NCBI GenBank assembly: GCA_965215475.1
Contig: OZ244061.1
Location: forward strand, 3,112,307-3,176,306
Source: Rhodothermales bacterium
Lineage (GTDB): Bacteria > Bacteroidota > Rhodothermia > Rhodothermales > Bin80
Direction: 5' to 3'
Length of the DNA stretch: 64,000 bases
Notes under the pieces: generated by a model
Database searches by the model: none
What the model was told of the DNA's origin: nothing
Seen by the model: the letters and a program-made list of their open reading frames with translations, nothing else
Made by a program: the position numbers and the translations under genes
In this document: piece by piece, positions 30,913 to 42,354 of the stretch
Layout of the letters: each line of letters begins with the position of its first letter
Numbering within the stretch: position 1 is the stretch's first letter

Positions 30913-31370
30913 TCTGTAGTTTCTGTTTTTCTCCACTGAATATGTGTGGAAGTGTCTATACCAAAGCGATCACTAAAGCCTCCGCGCACTTCAACCACGT
31001 ATTGAGCAAGATCTGTGGATCGGATAAATTCGCGGGAGAGGGGAGTCGTACGTTTTGCAATGTTGACGACAGATGAGTCCGCTCCAACAAAGATAATATC
31101 CAGTGGAATCGGGGTATTTGCCATCCAGAAACTCAGAGAGTCAGGGGCTGGGAAAATGAAGAGCATCCCTTCACCGAGTGAGAGTTGACGGCGATGCATT
31201 AAACCGGTAGCACGGCTCTCATCATCCTCGGCAAATTCAACCTCAATGGTTCGAATGATATCACCATTGCTACTGAGAAAGTCAAGCTCTCCCACCGCAG
31301 GTTCAATGGGTTCTTCGGAGCATCCTTGAAGCGCAATCACGGCAATGAAGGCGAAAAGTATAGTTCTCAT
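30909..31370 (-). CDS. DUF192 (COG1430) lipoprotein, tandem paralogue
   Basis: Start taken at MRTILFAFIAVIALQGC. ..RATGLMHRR..GMLFIF....FWMANTPIPLDIIFV.. Confidence 0.7.
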   Translation of the reverse strand: MRTILFAFIAVIALQGCSEEPIEPAVGELDFLSSNGDIIRTIEVEFAEDDESRATGLMHRRQLSLGEGMLFIFPAPDSLSFWMANTPIPLDIIFVGADSSVVNIAKRTTPLSREFIRSTDLAQYVVEVRGGFSDRFGIDTSTHIQWRKTETTE

Positions 31371-31422
31371 GCGAGTGTAGCAAGTTGCAAAGCGATCTTC
31401 AACCGAATCCTGTAGGGCGGGT

Positions 31423-32583
31423 TCAGTCGGGCCATAATTCTGTAGCCAAGCCGTCACATATGTGCATCCCCTTTGTAGTGAGCCGTATGCATGTTCCGTC
31501 CCGGGTAATTAGGCCATGAGTGATCATTTTTTGTAGTTCCTTTTGTTTATGTCGAACCAGATCCAAGCCATACCTTTTCCAGAGGTGTTCCAGATCAAGC
31601 CCCTCGGAGGTGCGAAGTGCGAGCATGATTTTTTCTCGTGCCAGATCATGATCCGAAAGGATTTCGCTACGGACCATAGGGGGCCGCTCTTTTGTTACCA
31701 TCTCCGTATAGGCATGCAGATTACGGATGTTTTCCCATCTTCGTGCCCGATCATCCTCCCACCAAAAGGAATGAGCACCAGGGCCTATTCCCAGGTAATT
31801 CGTGTGCTGCCAGTATTGCATATTGTGCTCCGAGCGATGTTTAGGTCTTGCAAAGCTGGATACCTCATAATGCTTATATCCTATGGATTGGAGAGTGTCA
31901 ATTGCAATTTGAAATTGACGAGATACTTGTTCATCGGGAGTCGGTTTGACAGCTCCCATTTGAACTTGCTTGTGCAGAGGGGTACGTGGTTCAACGGTAA
32001 GACTGTACGTGGAAATATGTGGCACACTGGTTTCTACTGCACGCTGCAAATTATCCTCCCAGTCATATATAGATGTCCCCGGAATCCCAAAAATTAGATC
32101 AAGGGACCAGCTAGTAAATCCTGCTGCATGAATCAGATTACAGGCATGAGATGCCTGCTCCGAGTTGTGGCACCGGTTCATAAAACGTAGTTCGTCATCC
32201 TTGAAAGATTGAACCCCAAGGCTGATTCGGGTGACACCGGCATGTTTTAATTCGTTGACCTTTGTAGCGGTGAGATCTTCCGGGTTTGCCTCCAGTGTGA
32301 TTTCATTCACGGAATGGGTATTAAATGAGCGATGAATTTGTGTCAGTATTTGGGCAATCGCTTGTGGAGATAAGCGGGAAGGTGTACCTCCTCCGAAGTA
32401 GATCGTGGATAAGCGTGTATCAGGAAAACTTTGAGAGATTTGTGTGATTTCCAGGCAAAGTGCATCAACGAATTTTTCGTGATCATGGTTTGTAGTCACG
32501 AAATAAAAATCACAATAAGAGCATCGCTGCGTGCAGAAAGGAATATGCACATAGAGAGAGGCACTCGGGCGGCTCAGATCCAT
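31423..32583 (-). CDS. hemW: radical SAM heme chaperone HemW / oxygen-independent coproporphyrinogen oxidase-like
   Basis: YVHIPFCTQRCSYCDFY (CxxxCxxC). About 386 aa, HemN_C-like tail. Confidence 0.85.
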   Translation of the reverse strand: MDLSRPSASLYVHIPFCTQRCSYCDFYFVTTNHDHEKFVDALCLEITQISQSFPDTRLSTIYFGGGTPSRLSPQAIAQILTQIHRSFNTHSVNEITLEANPEDLTATKVNELKHAGVTRISLGVQSFKDDELRFMNRCHNSEQASHACNLIHAAGFTSWSLDLIFGIPGTSIYDWEDNLQRAVETSVPHISTYSLTVEPRTPLHKQVQMGAVKPTPDEQVSRQFQIAIDTLQSIGYKHYEVSSFARPKHRSEHNMQYWQHTNYLGIGPGAHSFWWEDDRARRWENIRNLHAYTEMVTKERPPMVRSEILSDHDLAREKIMLALRTSEGLDLEHLWKRYGLDLVRHKQKELQKMITHGLITRDGTCIRLTTKGMHICDGLATELWPD

Positions 32584-32847
32584 TTCATTACTGGATCGGA
32601 GCTGGAATTAGATGCTATGATCATCACACATTCTGAATGGAAGCGTTTCTCGGATGGTTCTATTATCTCTTCGGGGGCATCATTGAGATTAAAATCCACG
32701 AGGGGCTGTTTCAATAAGCGTAGAGAGAAATAGAGGCTCTATTTCTCTCTTGCAGTATGAATTAGGATAAGAACCAATCATAGGAACGAGTCCGATTGAG
32801 ATTTATCCAATATGACGGAAAACCAATTCTTCCAGAGCAGGGATGAG

Positions 32848-33402
32848 TCACAGAATGACACCAAAGCGGATCGGAAGCTGCATTTCAACCGATGACTCAA
32901 CTACAATCAAAGCAGGGATGAGCTCGATATACAAGGAGGTAGCTTGGAGTGAGAATACCCATCCCATACCGGCATTAACCGAAGGACCAGATTCAGCTGA
33001 GTCAGCGTCACCACCCAGTGTTAAATTCGCGCCTAGCCCAAAAATCAGATAGGGAGAGCGAATATCTGTAGCGTCTAGTGTGACAATCGCGGTAACGGTT
33101 GGATGGAAAAAATAGGCCGCTTCATCCCTGCCTCTCAGGATATAGTTGACGAAGTTGGCACTAGTACCAATAGAGAAATCCGAATTGATCACCCAAGCAA
33201 GACGTGTGTCTACTCCGATACCGACGGCCTGATCACCAGTACCTACTACCGTGCTTAATCCTACCCCCAATCTGGGACGTGGAAAACTTTGGGCATGCAG
33301 ATCAGGTGCAACTGCAAAGAAGACGGTCAAGATGAATAAAATTCCGGTTAAACCCAGTCGCATTAACGGGAGAGCAAATCTTAAGATGGGAACTCCAACC
33401 AA
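32848..33402 (-). CDS. putative outer-membrane beta-barrel protein
   Basis: Signal peptide followed by alternating beta-strand pattern rich in G/S/T/aromatics. No specific family recognised. Confidence 0.4.
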   Translation of the reverse strand: MVGVPILRFALPLMRLGLTGILFILTVFFAVAPDLHAQSFPRPRLGVGLSTVVGTGDQAVGIGVDTRLAWVINSDFSIGTSANFVNYILRGRDEAAYFFHPTVTAIVTLDATDIRSPYLIFGLGANLTLGGDADSAESGPSVNAGMGWVFSLQATSLYIELIPALIVVESSVEMQLPIRFGVIL

Positions 33403-33608
33403 AGGATAATGAATATGTTGCGTATGAACCGTATTCTGCTTTTAATGTACGAAGAACTATTATGAAACCATCCATTTGAATAGATAGCAAGCTTGAAGTA
33501 CTATCATTCAAGGTATGTTTGTCTGGGAAATAATCGGAGATATACATGGATCAGGGACAATAATAATGCAGAAGAAACATTCTATTCAAATATCCAGAAT
33601 CAAAGAAT

Positions 33609-34826
33609 ATGTCACTAAAGATTGATGATGCACTTTTCTTGGAGAGCACGTTGAGTGAAGAGGAAGACTTGATCCAGAAATCTGCAAGAAGATATGCACA
33701 GGACAAGCTTGAACCCCGTGCACTAGAAGGCAATCAAAAAGAGATTTTTCATACGGAAATCGCCAGAGAAATGGGGGAGATTGGGCTTCTGGGGGCGTTC
33801 ATTCCGGAAAAGTATGGTGGTGCAGAAGTAAGCTACACCGCTTATGGATTAGTAGCGCGTGAACTGGAACGGATCGACTCAGGATACCGATCCTTTATGT
33901 CGGTACAGTCCTCCTTGGTGATGTTACCAATTTGGAAATTCGGGACAGAGGAGCAGCGGACCACCTTTCTTCCCCGCTTGGCAACAGGGGAAATCATAGG
34001 GTGCTTCGGATTAACCGAGCCGAATCATGGATCCGATCCCAGTTCTATGGAAACGACCGCAATTCGTGTCGACGGAGGATGGAAACTGAATGGAGCGAAA
34101 ATGTGGATCACCAACTCCCCGATTGCAGATCTTGCAGTCGTGTGGGCGAAGGCAAAAGAGTCCAAGGAGGATCCCGGTGTCATCAGGGGATTTCTTATTG
34201 AGAAGGGTAGCGAAGGCTTTACAACCCCCAAGACCGGCAACAAGATGAGTCTTCGAGCTTCGATCACAGGAGAAATTGTACTCCGTGATGTGTTTGTTCC
34301 AGAGGAACGAGTATTCCCGGAGGTCTCCGGACTTCGCGGACCATTTACATGCTTGAATAGTGCTCGTTACGGTATCATTTGGGGAGCCTGTGGAGCAGCA
34401 GAAAATTGCTTTGAAAGGGCACGGCGATATGTGATGGAGCGTAGTCAGTTTGGACACGCACTTGGAGCCATGCAGCTCGTACAGACAAAACTGGCCAATA
34501 TGCTTACGAGCATCACGCAGATGCAGTTGTTGGCGTGGAGGATTGGCAAACTCATGGACACTGGTCAGGCCATCCCCGAAATGATTTCTATGGCGAAGCG
34601 CAACAATTGCAACACCGCGTTAGAGATTGCGAGAACGGCAAGAGATATGCTTGGAGGTAATGGAATTAGTGGCGAATTTCGAGTCATTCACCATATGGTC
34701 AACTTGGAAAGCGTGAACACTTATGAAGGTACCTATGATATTCATGGCCTTATACTCGGGCGTGCGATAACAGGGATTCAGGCATTCGTGCCAAGGGGGA
34801 ATAATGATTCCGGGGTTTCGACGTAG
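33609..34826 (+). CDS. acyl-CoA dehydrogenase, glutaryl-CoA dehydrogenase-like
   Basis: ..[19 protein letters not shown].., ..WITNSPIAD.. and C-terminal ..[18 protein letters not shown].. are typical of GCDH. Confidence 0.8.
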   Translation: MSLKIDDALFLESTLSEEEDLIQKSARRYAQDKLEPRALEGNQKEIFHTEIAREMGEIGLLGAFIPEKYGGAEVSYTAYGLVARELERIDSGYRSFMSVQSSLVMLPIWKFGTEEQRTTFLPRLATGEIIGCFGLTEPNHGSDPSSMETTAIRVDGGWKLNGAKMWITNSPIADLAVVWAKAKESKEDPGVIRGFLIEKGSEGFTTPKTGNKMSLRASITGEIVLRDVFVPEERVFPEVSGLRGPFTCLNSARYGIIWGACGAAENCFERARRYVMERSQFGHALGAMQLVQTKLANMLTSITQMQLLAWRIGKLMDTGQAIPEMISMAKRNNCNTALEIARTARDMLGGNGISGEFRVIHHMVNLESVNTYEGTYDIHGLILGRAITGIQAFVPRGNNDSGVST

Positions 34827-34843
34827 TGCGGCGAGTTCCGTGG

Positions 34844-36523
34844 TCAGTGATCTTCCAGAGACAGGACTTTCCGCCACATCTCAAACGTCAACCACCAGTC
34901 TAATTGGGTGGAGTAGCGGGCGCTACCACGGGCAAAATCATCGGCCATGGATTTTAGCTTTACATGATTGTAGGCCTCATTATTGCGTACGGAACTACTG
35001 CGCATCGTATCAAGGATAAATTCCTGAAGGTGGGTGATAAATTCCGAGGGGCGGGAATCATAATAGGATTGCCCGGTTAGCTTTTTTGCCCGGGCATAAG
35101 CGTAAGAACGGATGGTTCCCAGTCGAAAAGGATATTTTGTTGTTCCCTTGACCAGAGGCGGAGAGGATAGGGAAGGGGAGTGACTCCGAAGAAATCTCCG
35201 AAGCAGGCGCCCATTCCATCGAAGACGAAGTGGGACCTGGAATAACGCTCGAAGGACAGATGGCTGCGCATAAGGCATGTACGCCACACACACATTGTCT
35301 AGGTAATTTTGTTCGAAGCCAAAGAAATTTGGGAGGCGGGATCGAATACTGATGAGATCTGCTTTATTTGCGATCTCCATGGATGAAGGAAGGCTTTCCC
35401 AAGCAGCGTTAAGTTGTTCGGAAGCGCCATGAACCATGACATGATGGATCTCGGGGGAGAAAATATCGGACTTTCCTGTGCTGGGACAAGATAGCGGCCT
35501 ATGGGAGAGGCGTCCAGCGAACATACGCCTGAATACGATTGAGTTCATGAGTTGACGCCGAGCGATTTCACCGAAGCCCCCATCCAAGACGCCTTTCCCC
35601 ATAGCATGCAACTTCTCATATCCTTGCCGCTCTACAGCTGCCGATGCGGGTGTAATGGCTTGGGTTAGACCTACGCGCTCTCGCAACATACGAATGCACG
35701 CATCCACATCGGGTAGCTGGCTTGGAAAATAATTCTGTTCCAGTCCGGCAGAACGGGCTAATTGATCTGAAATTTCTACATCGGGGTGATCAGGTGGCCC
35801 CCAGACGTGTGCCTGGGGATTTTCCAGAAGAGAGAGTAAAACACGGGAATCAAAACCGCCAGACAACCCGAGACTCCAAGTCTTTTCCTCCTTGATGGTT
35901 AAGGATTTTTGTAGCGCATGTATATACTCGAGTCCATTTCGATCATGTTTTGAAATAACACAGTCCCATGGAGTGGATCGGGTGCGTACACGACCTTGCT
36001 TGATCACAGCATGACCGCCCGGTTCTAATCGAGTCACATGTTTTACGACACTAGTCGTTTGGATTGAGTTTGCCAGGATCCATTGCGCGCCAAAGCGAGA
36101 AAAATCAATCTCCAAGGGGCCAGTAAGGGATGCGAGCCAGTCTAATCGAGTGCTAAAATACAGACCTTCAGTTCGTTGAAGAAAATAAATGGTTCTTAAG
36201 CCCGTAGGATCATTGAAGAGTTCAATTTGATGGGGTTTCCAACAGAGCGTAACAAAATGACCGTCCAGATGCCTTATGCTTTCCTGTGACTCGCTCAGCC
36301 GGGCACCCCAGTCTTTTTTGCGTAGGATTTGTTGATCACATATACCTATCCCCGTCAAAAGAAACATCCCCCCTTCAGGAGTTTCTCCTCCACAGCAGGT
36401 TTCGCCGGGCCCTCCTGCCTGAGCGAAAAGATTCTTTTGCCGAATAGTATAACGGGCTTTGTGATGCGGAGGCAGTAGTCTTGCAGGCAATTCAGTACCA
36501 GCAAAGCCGATCATCCAGCCCAT
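34844..36523 (-). CDS. asparagine synthetase B-like adenylating enzyme lacking the N-terminal Cys nucleophile
   Basis: PP-loop LGLSGGFDSRVLLS. The N-terminus is MGWMIGFAG rather than MCG. Confidence 0.6.
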   Translation of the reverse strand: MGWMIGFAGTELPARLLPPHHKARYTIRQKNLFAQAGGPGETCCGGETPEGGMFLLTGIGICDQQILRKKDWGARLSESQESIRHLDGHFVTLCWKPHQIELFNDPTGLRTIYFLQRTEGLYFSTRLDWLASLTGPLEIDFSRFGAQWILANSIQTTSVVKHVTRLEPGGHAVIKQGRVRTRSTPWDCVISKHDRNGLEYIHALQKSLTIKEEKTWSLGLSGGFDSRVLLSLLENPQAHVWGPPDHPDVEISDQLARSAGLEQNYFPSQLPDVDACIRMLRERVGLTQAITPASAAVERQGYEKLHAMGKGVLDGGFGEIARRQLMNSIVFRRMFAGRLSHRPLSCPSTGKSDIFSPEIHHVMVHGASEQLNAAWESLPSSMEIANKADLISIRSRLPNFFGFEQNYLDNVCVAYMPYAQPSVLRALFQVPLRLRWNGRLLRRFLRSHSPSLSSPPLVKGTTKYPFRLGTIRSYAYARAKKLTGQSYYDSRPSEFITHLQEFILDTMRSSSVRNNEAYNHVKLKSMADDFARGSARYSTQLDWWLTFEMWRKVLSLEDH

Positions 36524-36535
36524 TTATTGTATTGG

Positions 36536-39172
36536 CTATTTTTCTGCCAAATGTGCCTGTGCCGCAGAAAGCCTCGCAATAGGAACTCGGAACGGAGAAC
36601 AAGACACATAATCTAATCCCAGTCGATAACAGAATGCAACAGATTGCGGTTCTCCTCCATGTTCTCCGCAAATACCAACCTTTAAGCTGGCATTAGAGCT
36701 TTTGCCCCCCTCGGTTGCGACTTGAACAAGTTGCCCCACGCCCTCTTGATCGAGCACCTGGAATGGGTCATCGGATAGAATTTTATGCTCTACATAACCG
36801 GGGAGAAATTTGCCGGCATCATCTCGGCTGTATCCGAAGCACATCTGTGTCAGATCATTGGTACCAAAGGAGAAAAAGTCAGCTTCCCTGGCGATTTCTT
36901 TCGCCGTCAATGCGGCTCTCGGGACCTCGATCATGGTTCCAATCAGGTATTCAATACGGGTTCCTGTTTCTTTGAATACGGTTTCAGCAGTTTCCTGAAT
37001 CAGTACTTTCTGATTCCGAAATTCTTCTACCGTCCCAATGAGGGGCACCATGATTTCTGGGTGAGGATCCACCCCCGCTTTCTTGGCTTCTACCGCGGCC
37101 TCAATAATTGCTCGTGTTTGCATGGCTGTGATTTCGGGGAAGGTAATCCCGAGGCGGCAGCCCCGATGCCCAAGCATTGGGTTAAACTCATGCAGTTCTT
37201 CAATTTTTGCTTCTACTTCCCGGACAGGAACGCCCATCAGTTCCGCCATTTCGGTCTTGCCGGCTTGGTCATGTGGTAGAAATTCGTGGAGAGGTGGGTC
37301 CAACAAGCGAATTGTGACGGGCATGCCGGACATGGCCTTGAAAATTCCGAGGAAATCTTCCTTCTGGAAGGGAAGTAATTTGCGGAGTGCAACCTCACGT
37401 GCGCTTTGGGACTCTGCCAGAATCATCTCCCGAACATTCTGGATACGGTTGCCTTCAAAGAACATGTGCTCTGTGCGGCAGAGCCCAATTCCTTCAGCTC
37501 CAAAAGAGATAGCTTTTTCTGCATCTTCCGGGGTATCGGCATTTGTTCGGACCCCCATGGGACGCACTTCATCGGCCCACTCCATAAATGTAGCAAAGTC
37601 CTCACTCATTTGGGCACTGACCAGTTCTTGTGCACCTAAAATGACTTCACCGGATGAGCCGTTAATACTGATCCAGTCTCCTTCAGAAATAATCCTGTCT
37701 CCAGCTTTGAAAGATTTGGTTGCGTAACTGATCACAATATCTCCGCACCCTGCGACACAGGGTTTTCCCCAGCCACGCGCGACGACGGCGGCATGACTGG
37801 TCATGCCGCCTCTTGAGGTTAGGATTCCCTGAGCTGCATCCATTCCTCCCACATCTTCGGGGCTTGTTTCGATACGGACAAGAATTACTTTTTTGCCATC
37901 CTTTGCCCAGGCTTCCGCTTCGTCTGCGGTAAAGACAACTCTTCCAACGGCAGCACCAGGAGAAGCGGGCAATCCGGTTGCCATGACTTTGTCTTGATAG
38001 GAAAGCTCATCCTTGAACCCAGGGTGGAGCAGTTGGTCAAGGTGACCAGGTTCAACCAGATCTCTGACGGCGGTGACTTTGTCCGTGATCCCTTCTTGAA
38101 CCAGATCTACAGCAGTGCGAAGGGCAGCGCGCCCTGTTCGCTTTCCATTGCGAGTCTGCAATATATAAAGAGATCCATCCTGGATCGTAAACTCGATATC
38201 TTGCATGTTCTGGTAATGTTTTTCGAGATTGGTGGTCATTTCCAGCAACTCTTTATAGGGTCGAGGGAATTCGGAGGACATTTCTGAAATTGGTTTTGGA
38301 GTTCGAATTCCGGCGACCACGTCTTCTCCTTGAGCATTGACCAAATACTCTCCATACAGCTCCGGTTCTCCGTTCGAAGGGTTTCGGGTGAAGCAGACGC
38401 CCGTTCCACTACTTTCCCCCATGTTTCCATAGACCATTGCTTGCACGTTAACCGCAGTTCCCAGTAAGCCAGTAATTTTATTAATTCGGCGATATTTGAT
38501 CGCGCGCATACTATCCCATGAGTTAAATACCGCATTAATGGAATGCTCCAGTTGAGTTTGCGGATCGTTAGGGAAGGAATGGCCGGTATGTTTTTCGTAA
38601 ATGGATTTAAATTCCAAGACTAGAATTTTCAAATCTTCTGCATCCAGATCCAGATCATCGGTGACCTTTTTTGCTTTTTTCATTGAAGCGATAGCTTCTT
38701 CGAAATAGTGATGATGGACTCCCATGACCACATCTCCAAACATATCAATAAAACGGCGGTATGCATCGTAGGCAAAGCGTTCATTTCCGCTTTCCTTAGC
38801 CAATCCCATGACAACTTCGTCGTTCAATCCAAGGTTGAGTACCGTATCCATCATGCCGGGCATGGATTGTGCGGCACCGCTTCGGACAGATACCAGAAGT
38901 GGTCGCTCAGGATCTCCGAGTGTACGTCCGAGTGCGTTCTCAATATGATGGATCCCGTCTTGAATCTGTTCACGCAATCCTTCAGGCCAGGAATGCTGAT
39001 TGCTACTGTAGTAGTGGCAGGTTTCCGTCGTTACGGTGAAGCCAGGGGGGACAGGCAGGCCAATGGAACTCATCTCTGCCAAGTTGGCCCCTTTGCCACC
39101 AAGCAGGGCTTTCATTTCCCTTGAACCTTCAGTTGCTCCGTTCCCGAAGCGATATATATATTGAGTGGACAT
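36536..39172 (-). CDS. ppdK: pyruvate, phosphate dikinase
   Basis: [11 protein letters not shown], phospho-His region [13 protein letters not shown], and C-terminal PEP-utilising TIM barrel ..[11 protein letters not shown]... Confidence 0.95.
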   Translation of the reverse strand: MSTQYIYRFGNGATEGSREMKALLGGKGANLAEMSSIGLPVPPGFTVTTETCHYYSSNQHSWPEGLREQIQDGIHHIENALGRTLGDPERPLLVSVRSGAAQSMPGMMDTVLNLGLNDEVVMGLAKESGNERFAYDAYRRFIDMFGDVVMGVHHHYFEEAIASMKKAKKVTDDLDLDAEDLKILVLEFKSIYEKHTGHSFPNDPQTQLEHSINAVFNSWDSMRAIKYRRINKITGLLGTAVNVQAMVYGNMGESSGTGVCFTRNPSNGEPELYGEYLVNAQGEDVVAGIRTPKPISEMSSEFPRPYKELLEMTTNLEKHYQNMQDIEFTIQDGSLYILQTRNGKRTGRAALRTAVDLVQEGITDKVTAVRDLVEPGHLDQLLHPGFKDELSYQDKVMATGLPASPGAAVGRVVFTADEAEAWAKDGKKVILVRIETSPEDVGGMDAAQGILTSRGGMTSHAAVVARGWGKPCVAGCGDIVISYATKSFKAGDRIISEGDWISINGSSGEVILGAQELVSAQMSEDFATFMEWADEVRPMGVRTNADTPEDAEKAISFGAEGIGLCRTEHMFFEGNRIQNVREMILAESQSAREVALRKLLPFQKEDFLGIFKAMSGMPVTIRLLDPPLHEFLPHDQAGKTEMAELMGVPVREVEAKIEELHEFNPMLGHRGCRLGITFPEITAMQTRAIIEAAVEAKKAGVDPHPEIMVPLIGTVEEFRNQKVLIQETAETVFKETGTRIEYLIGTMIEVPRAALTAKEIAREADFFSFGTNDLTQMCFGYSRDDAGKFLPGYVEHKILSDDPFQVLDQEGVGQLVQVATEGGKSSNASLKVGICGEHGGEPQSVAFCYRLGLDYVSCSPFRVPIARLSAAQAHLAEK

Positions 39173-39331
39173 GATTGATATTTTATATGAGAGTCAATCT
39201 GTTGGATAAAATTTTACCACACAGAACCTCAAATTTACTGCAAAATTCATTACGGATACCAACGATACAGGTTATCTTTGGAACGTTGTTCCCGGCTGTG
39301 CGTGTGAATCGCGCTAGAATTTATTTTCATC

Positions 39332-41734
39332 ATGTCAAGTTTGGTAATTGTTGAATCTCCTACGAAGGCCAAGACGATCAGCAGGTTTCTACCTTCTTCA
39401 AAATATCGGATCATGGCTAGTTGGGGGCATATCCGTGATCTTCCCCGTAATGCGAAGGAGATTCCGGCAAAGTATAAAAAAGAGCCTTGGGCTACACTTG
39501 CCGTGCAAATTGAAAAGGGGGAATTCAAACCACTTTACATCATCCCCCAAGACAAGCGAAAGGTGGTAAAAGAACTCAAAGATGCCTTGGACAGAGCCGA
39601 CGAGCTATTGATTGCAACGGACGAAGATCGTGAAGGTGAAGCCATTGGATGGCATCTGATTGAAGTACTCAGACCGAAGGTACCTGTGCGTCGAATGGTG
39701 TTTCATGAAATCACAAAAAAAGCGATTGAGAAAGCTCTTACGAATACGCGTGATGTGAACCAGAATTTGGTTGAAGCCCAAGAATCTAGAAGAGTATTGG
39801 ATCGTCTGGTAGGGTACAAGATTTCGCCGGTGCTATGGAGAAAGATTGGTAAGGGCACCAGCGCAGGACGCGTTCAGAGTGTTGCAGTTCGGCTACTGGT
39901 TGAACGCGAAAAAAAGCGCATGGAATTTTTGCCGGCCCAGTATTGGGATCTGGAAGCAACTCTGCAGGCCAATACCGGCAAATTCAAGGCAATTATGACA
40001 CATCTTGGCGAGCGAAGATTAGCAACAGGACGTGATTTTGATGATAATACCGGCGAGCTCAAAAAATCACTTGCAGACTCTGGGGTTCTTCTTTTAGGAA
40101 AAGAGGAGGCGGATCAGTTGGTCGCCCAACTTCCTTCGGCAGATTGGCGGGTTTCCAGTGTTACGTTCAAAGAGAGGAAGCGAACTCCTGCTGCCCCATT
40201 TATCACCTCATCTCTTCAGCAGGAAGGTAGTCGTAAGTTCGGATGGGGGGCTCGCAAAACGATGTCGGTTGCGCAGAAACTCTATGAGCGCGGGTTCATC
40301 ACGTATATGCGCACGGATTCGATTACTCTTTCTCAAGAAGCTCTCGATGCAACTCGTGAAGCAATTCTGCGAACCTATGGGCAGGAGTACATGAGCGAGC
40401 ATGTACGCAGGTACAAGAACAAGGTCTCGAATGCTCAGGAAGCTCATGAAGCAATTCGACCTGCGGGCCGGGAGATGAAGACGGCCACTCAGCTCAACCT
40501 GCGTGAAGATGAAAAGAAATTATACGACCTTATCTGGAAACGAACGGTGGCGAGCCAAATGTCGGATGCTAGAATGAGGGATGTCCGGGTAATTTCTAAG
40601 GCTACTCTTGAAGGGAGTCCAGAGGTGCAATTTCGTTCAACCGGTCGGCAGGTGTTATTTCCTGGGTTTTTACTGGTGTATGTTGAGGGGAGTGATAATC
40701 CTGAAAAAGTAAAGGAGAGTACAGAAAAATATCTGCCGGCACTTGAAGCAGAGGAGTCATTACAGTGTTTGGACCTCGAATCAAAAGATCACGAAACAAA
40801 GCCGCCTGCCCGTTATACGGAAGCATCGCTGATCAGAAAATTAGAGGAGGAGGGGATCGGTCGCCCGAGCACCTACGCCACAATCGTTAGCACGATTCAG
40901 GACCGGGGCAGTGCAATTAAATCTGGTTCCGCACTTGCTCCAACACTCCGCGCGTTTGCTACAAATGCGTTTATGGAGGAGCGCTTTGAATCTCTGGTAG
41001 ATGTCGGTTTTACGGCTCAAATGGAAGAGCATCTGGATGAGATTGCGCAGGGAAAAGTAAAGGGACAAGAGTTTCTTTATACGATTGACCAAGGGGATGA
41101 GGGGCTCCAGAATCGAGTTGAACAGGCGATGGATCAAGTGGATGCTCGTGCAATCTCCACCATTCATTCCCCCAAATTGAAACAATGCATAGTTCGCGTT
41201 GGGCGTTACGGACCATATGTACAGGCAACCATTGACGGAAAGGAATTACGCAGTACGATACCGGATCATTTTTTACCTGCCGATGTCGATGATACGATAT
41301 TATTCGATTTGCTCAAAACGGCAAAAGCGCCAGCAAAAGAATTGGGTGCTCATCCTGAAAGTGGGCAAACGATCTTACTCAAGAGTGGCACCTACGGTCA
41401 TTATATCGAGCTTGTAGAACCCGAAGGATTCAAACCTCGGCGAAAATCAATTCCCAAAGGAGTTGAACTGGAGGATGTTAACCTGGAGCTTGCCTTGGAG
41501 TTACTGAGATTCCCGGTTGAGTTAGGAGTAGATGCTACGACGGGCGAACGAGTATTTTATGATAAGGGTCAGTATGGACCATACGTAAAACGAGGAAAGA
41601 TCAATGCATCAATTGGGAAAGATCGAGATGTGGGAGATATTACGATTGACGAGGCAGTCGAACTCTTGAACAAGAAGGCAGCAAATCCCCGCAGGAAGAA
41701 GGGGAGAGGTGGTCGTCGGTCAAAAAAGAAATGA
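39332..41734 (+). CDS. topA: DNA topoisomerase I
   Basis: Toprim LVIVESPTKAKTI and ATDEDREGEAI. Catalytic-Tyr region GFITYMRTDS. C-terminal GRYGPYV / GQYGPYVK repeats and a basic tail. Confidence 0.95.
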   Translation: MSSLVIVESPTKAKTISRFLPSSKYRIMASWGHIRDLPRNAKEIPAKYKKEPWATLAVQIEKGEFKPLYIIPQDKRKVVKELKDALDRADELLIATDEDREGEAIGWHLIEVLRPKVPVRRMVFHEITKKAIEKALTNTRDVNQNLVEAQESRRVLDRLVGYKISPVLWRKIGKGTSAGRVQSVAVRLLVEREKKRMEFLPAQYWDLEATLQANTGKFKAIMTHLGERRLATGRDFDDNTGELKKSLADSGVLLLGKEEADQLVAQLPSADWRVSSVTFKERKRTPAAPFITSSLQQEGSRKFGWGARKTMSVAQKLYERGFITYMRTDSITLSQEALDATREAILRTYGQEYMSEHVRRYKNKVSNAQEAHEAIRPAGREMKTATQLNLREDEKKLYDLIWKRTVASQMSDARMRDVRVISKATLEGSPEVQFRSTGRQVLFPGFLLVYVEGSDNPEKVKESTEKYLPALEAEESLQCLDLESKDHETKPPARYTEASLIRKLEEEGIGRPSTYATIVSTIQDRGSAIKSGSALAPTLRAFATNAFMEERFESLVDVGFTAQMEEHLDEIAQGKVKGQEFLYTIDQGDEGLQNRVEQAMDQVDARAISTIHSPKLKQCIVRVGRYGPYVQATIDGKELRSTIPDHFLPADVDDTILFDLLKTAKAPAKELGAHPESGQTILLKSGTYGHYIELVEPEGFKPRRKSIPKGVELEDVNLELALELLRFPVELGVDATTGERVFYDKGQYGPYVKRGKINASIGKDRDVGDITIDEAVELLNKKAANPRRKKGRGGRRSKKK

Positions 41735-41878
41735 CGAATTCTCAGAGGTGTAGAAATGGATCATTTGGGGTATTTTTGGTGGAATTGTTTTTGCTTGTCA
41801 GAATGAGTAGAGGTATATCTATCCGTCAAAGCACATAAGGTACGATCAAATCTATTTCAGAGTAGCTGAACAGTTTAT

Positions 41879-42130
41879 ATGTACAAAGCTCATATTACAG
41901 TTACACTTCGCCCCACCATCTTAGACCCACAGGGGAAAGCCGCTCATCATGCGTTACAGAATTTGGGTTTTGATCAGATCAACTCTGTTCGAATTGGAAA
42001 GTATATGGAGCTTCAGCTTTCTGCTGATACGGAAGAGGGGGCAGAATCTGCGGCGCGTGCTGCTTGCGAGAAACTTCTTGCCAACCCAATTATGGAGGAT
42101 TTTAGGGTGAGGATTGAACCGGCTGATTAA
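41879..42130 (+). CDS. purS: phosphoribosylformylglycinamidine synthase subunit PurS
   Basis: 83 aa. ..VTLRPTILDPQGKA...AL..LGF..I..VRIGKY.. is the PurS signature. Confidence 0.85.
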   Translation: MYKAHITVTLRPTILDPQGKAAHHALQNLGFDQINSVRIGKYMELQLSADTEEGAESAARAACEKLLANPIMEDFRVRIEPAD

Positions 42131-42354
42131 ATTCTATGCTTCTTAATAAGCTTGTTAAAATACTGAGAATGTGAACATTGCCAGCAAAATCATTCCACAA
42201 AACTTAATGGTACTATTGCGAATGTTGTGGATCAATCTCGGTCTATTGACGCGTTTTGGGAAGCACTTGCGGGTCCATGCAAAGCGAGCATCCCCTTCTC
42301 CTGCTTCCTACATCATCTCCGGCAAGCGATCCGTGTCTCGGTCCGCCCTTCTGG

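Noticed and set aside
36715-39124. Many + strand ORFs (for example 36785-37279, 37083-37727, 38708-39124) inside the ppdK region
   Set aside because: They are antisense shadow ORFs of a highly conserved 878-aa gene. The composition is low-complexity and Ser/Arg-rich, and no motifs are present.
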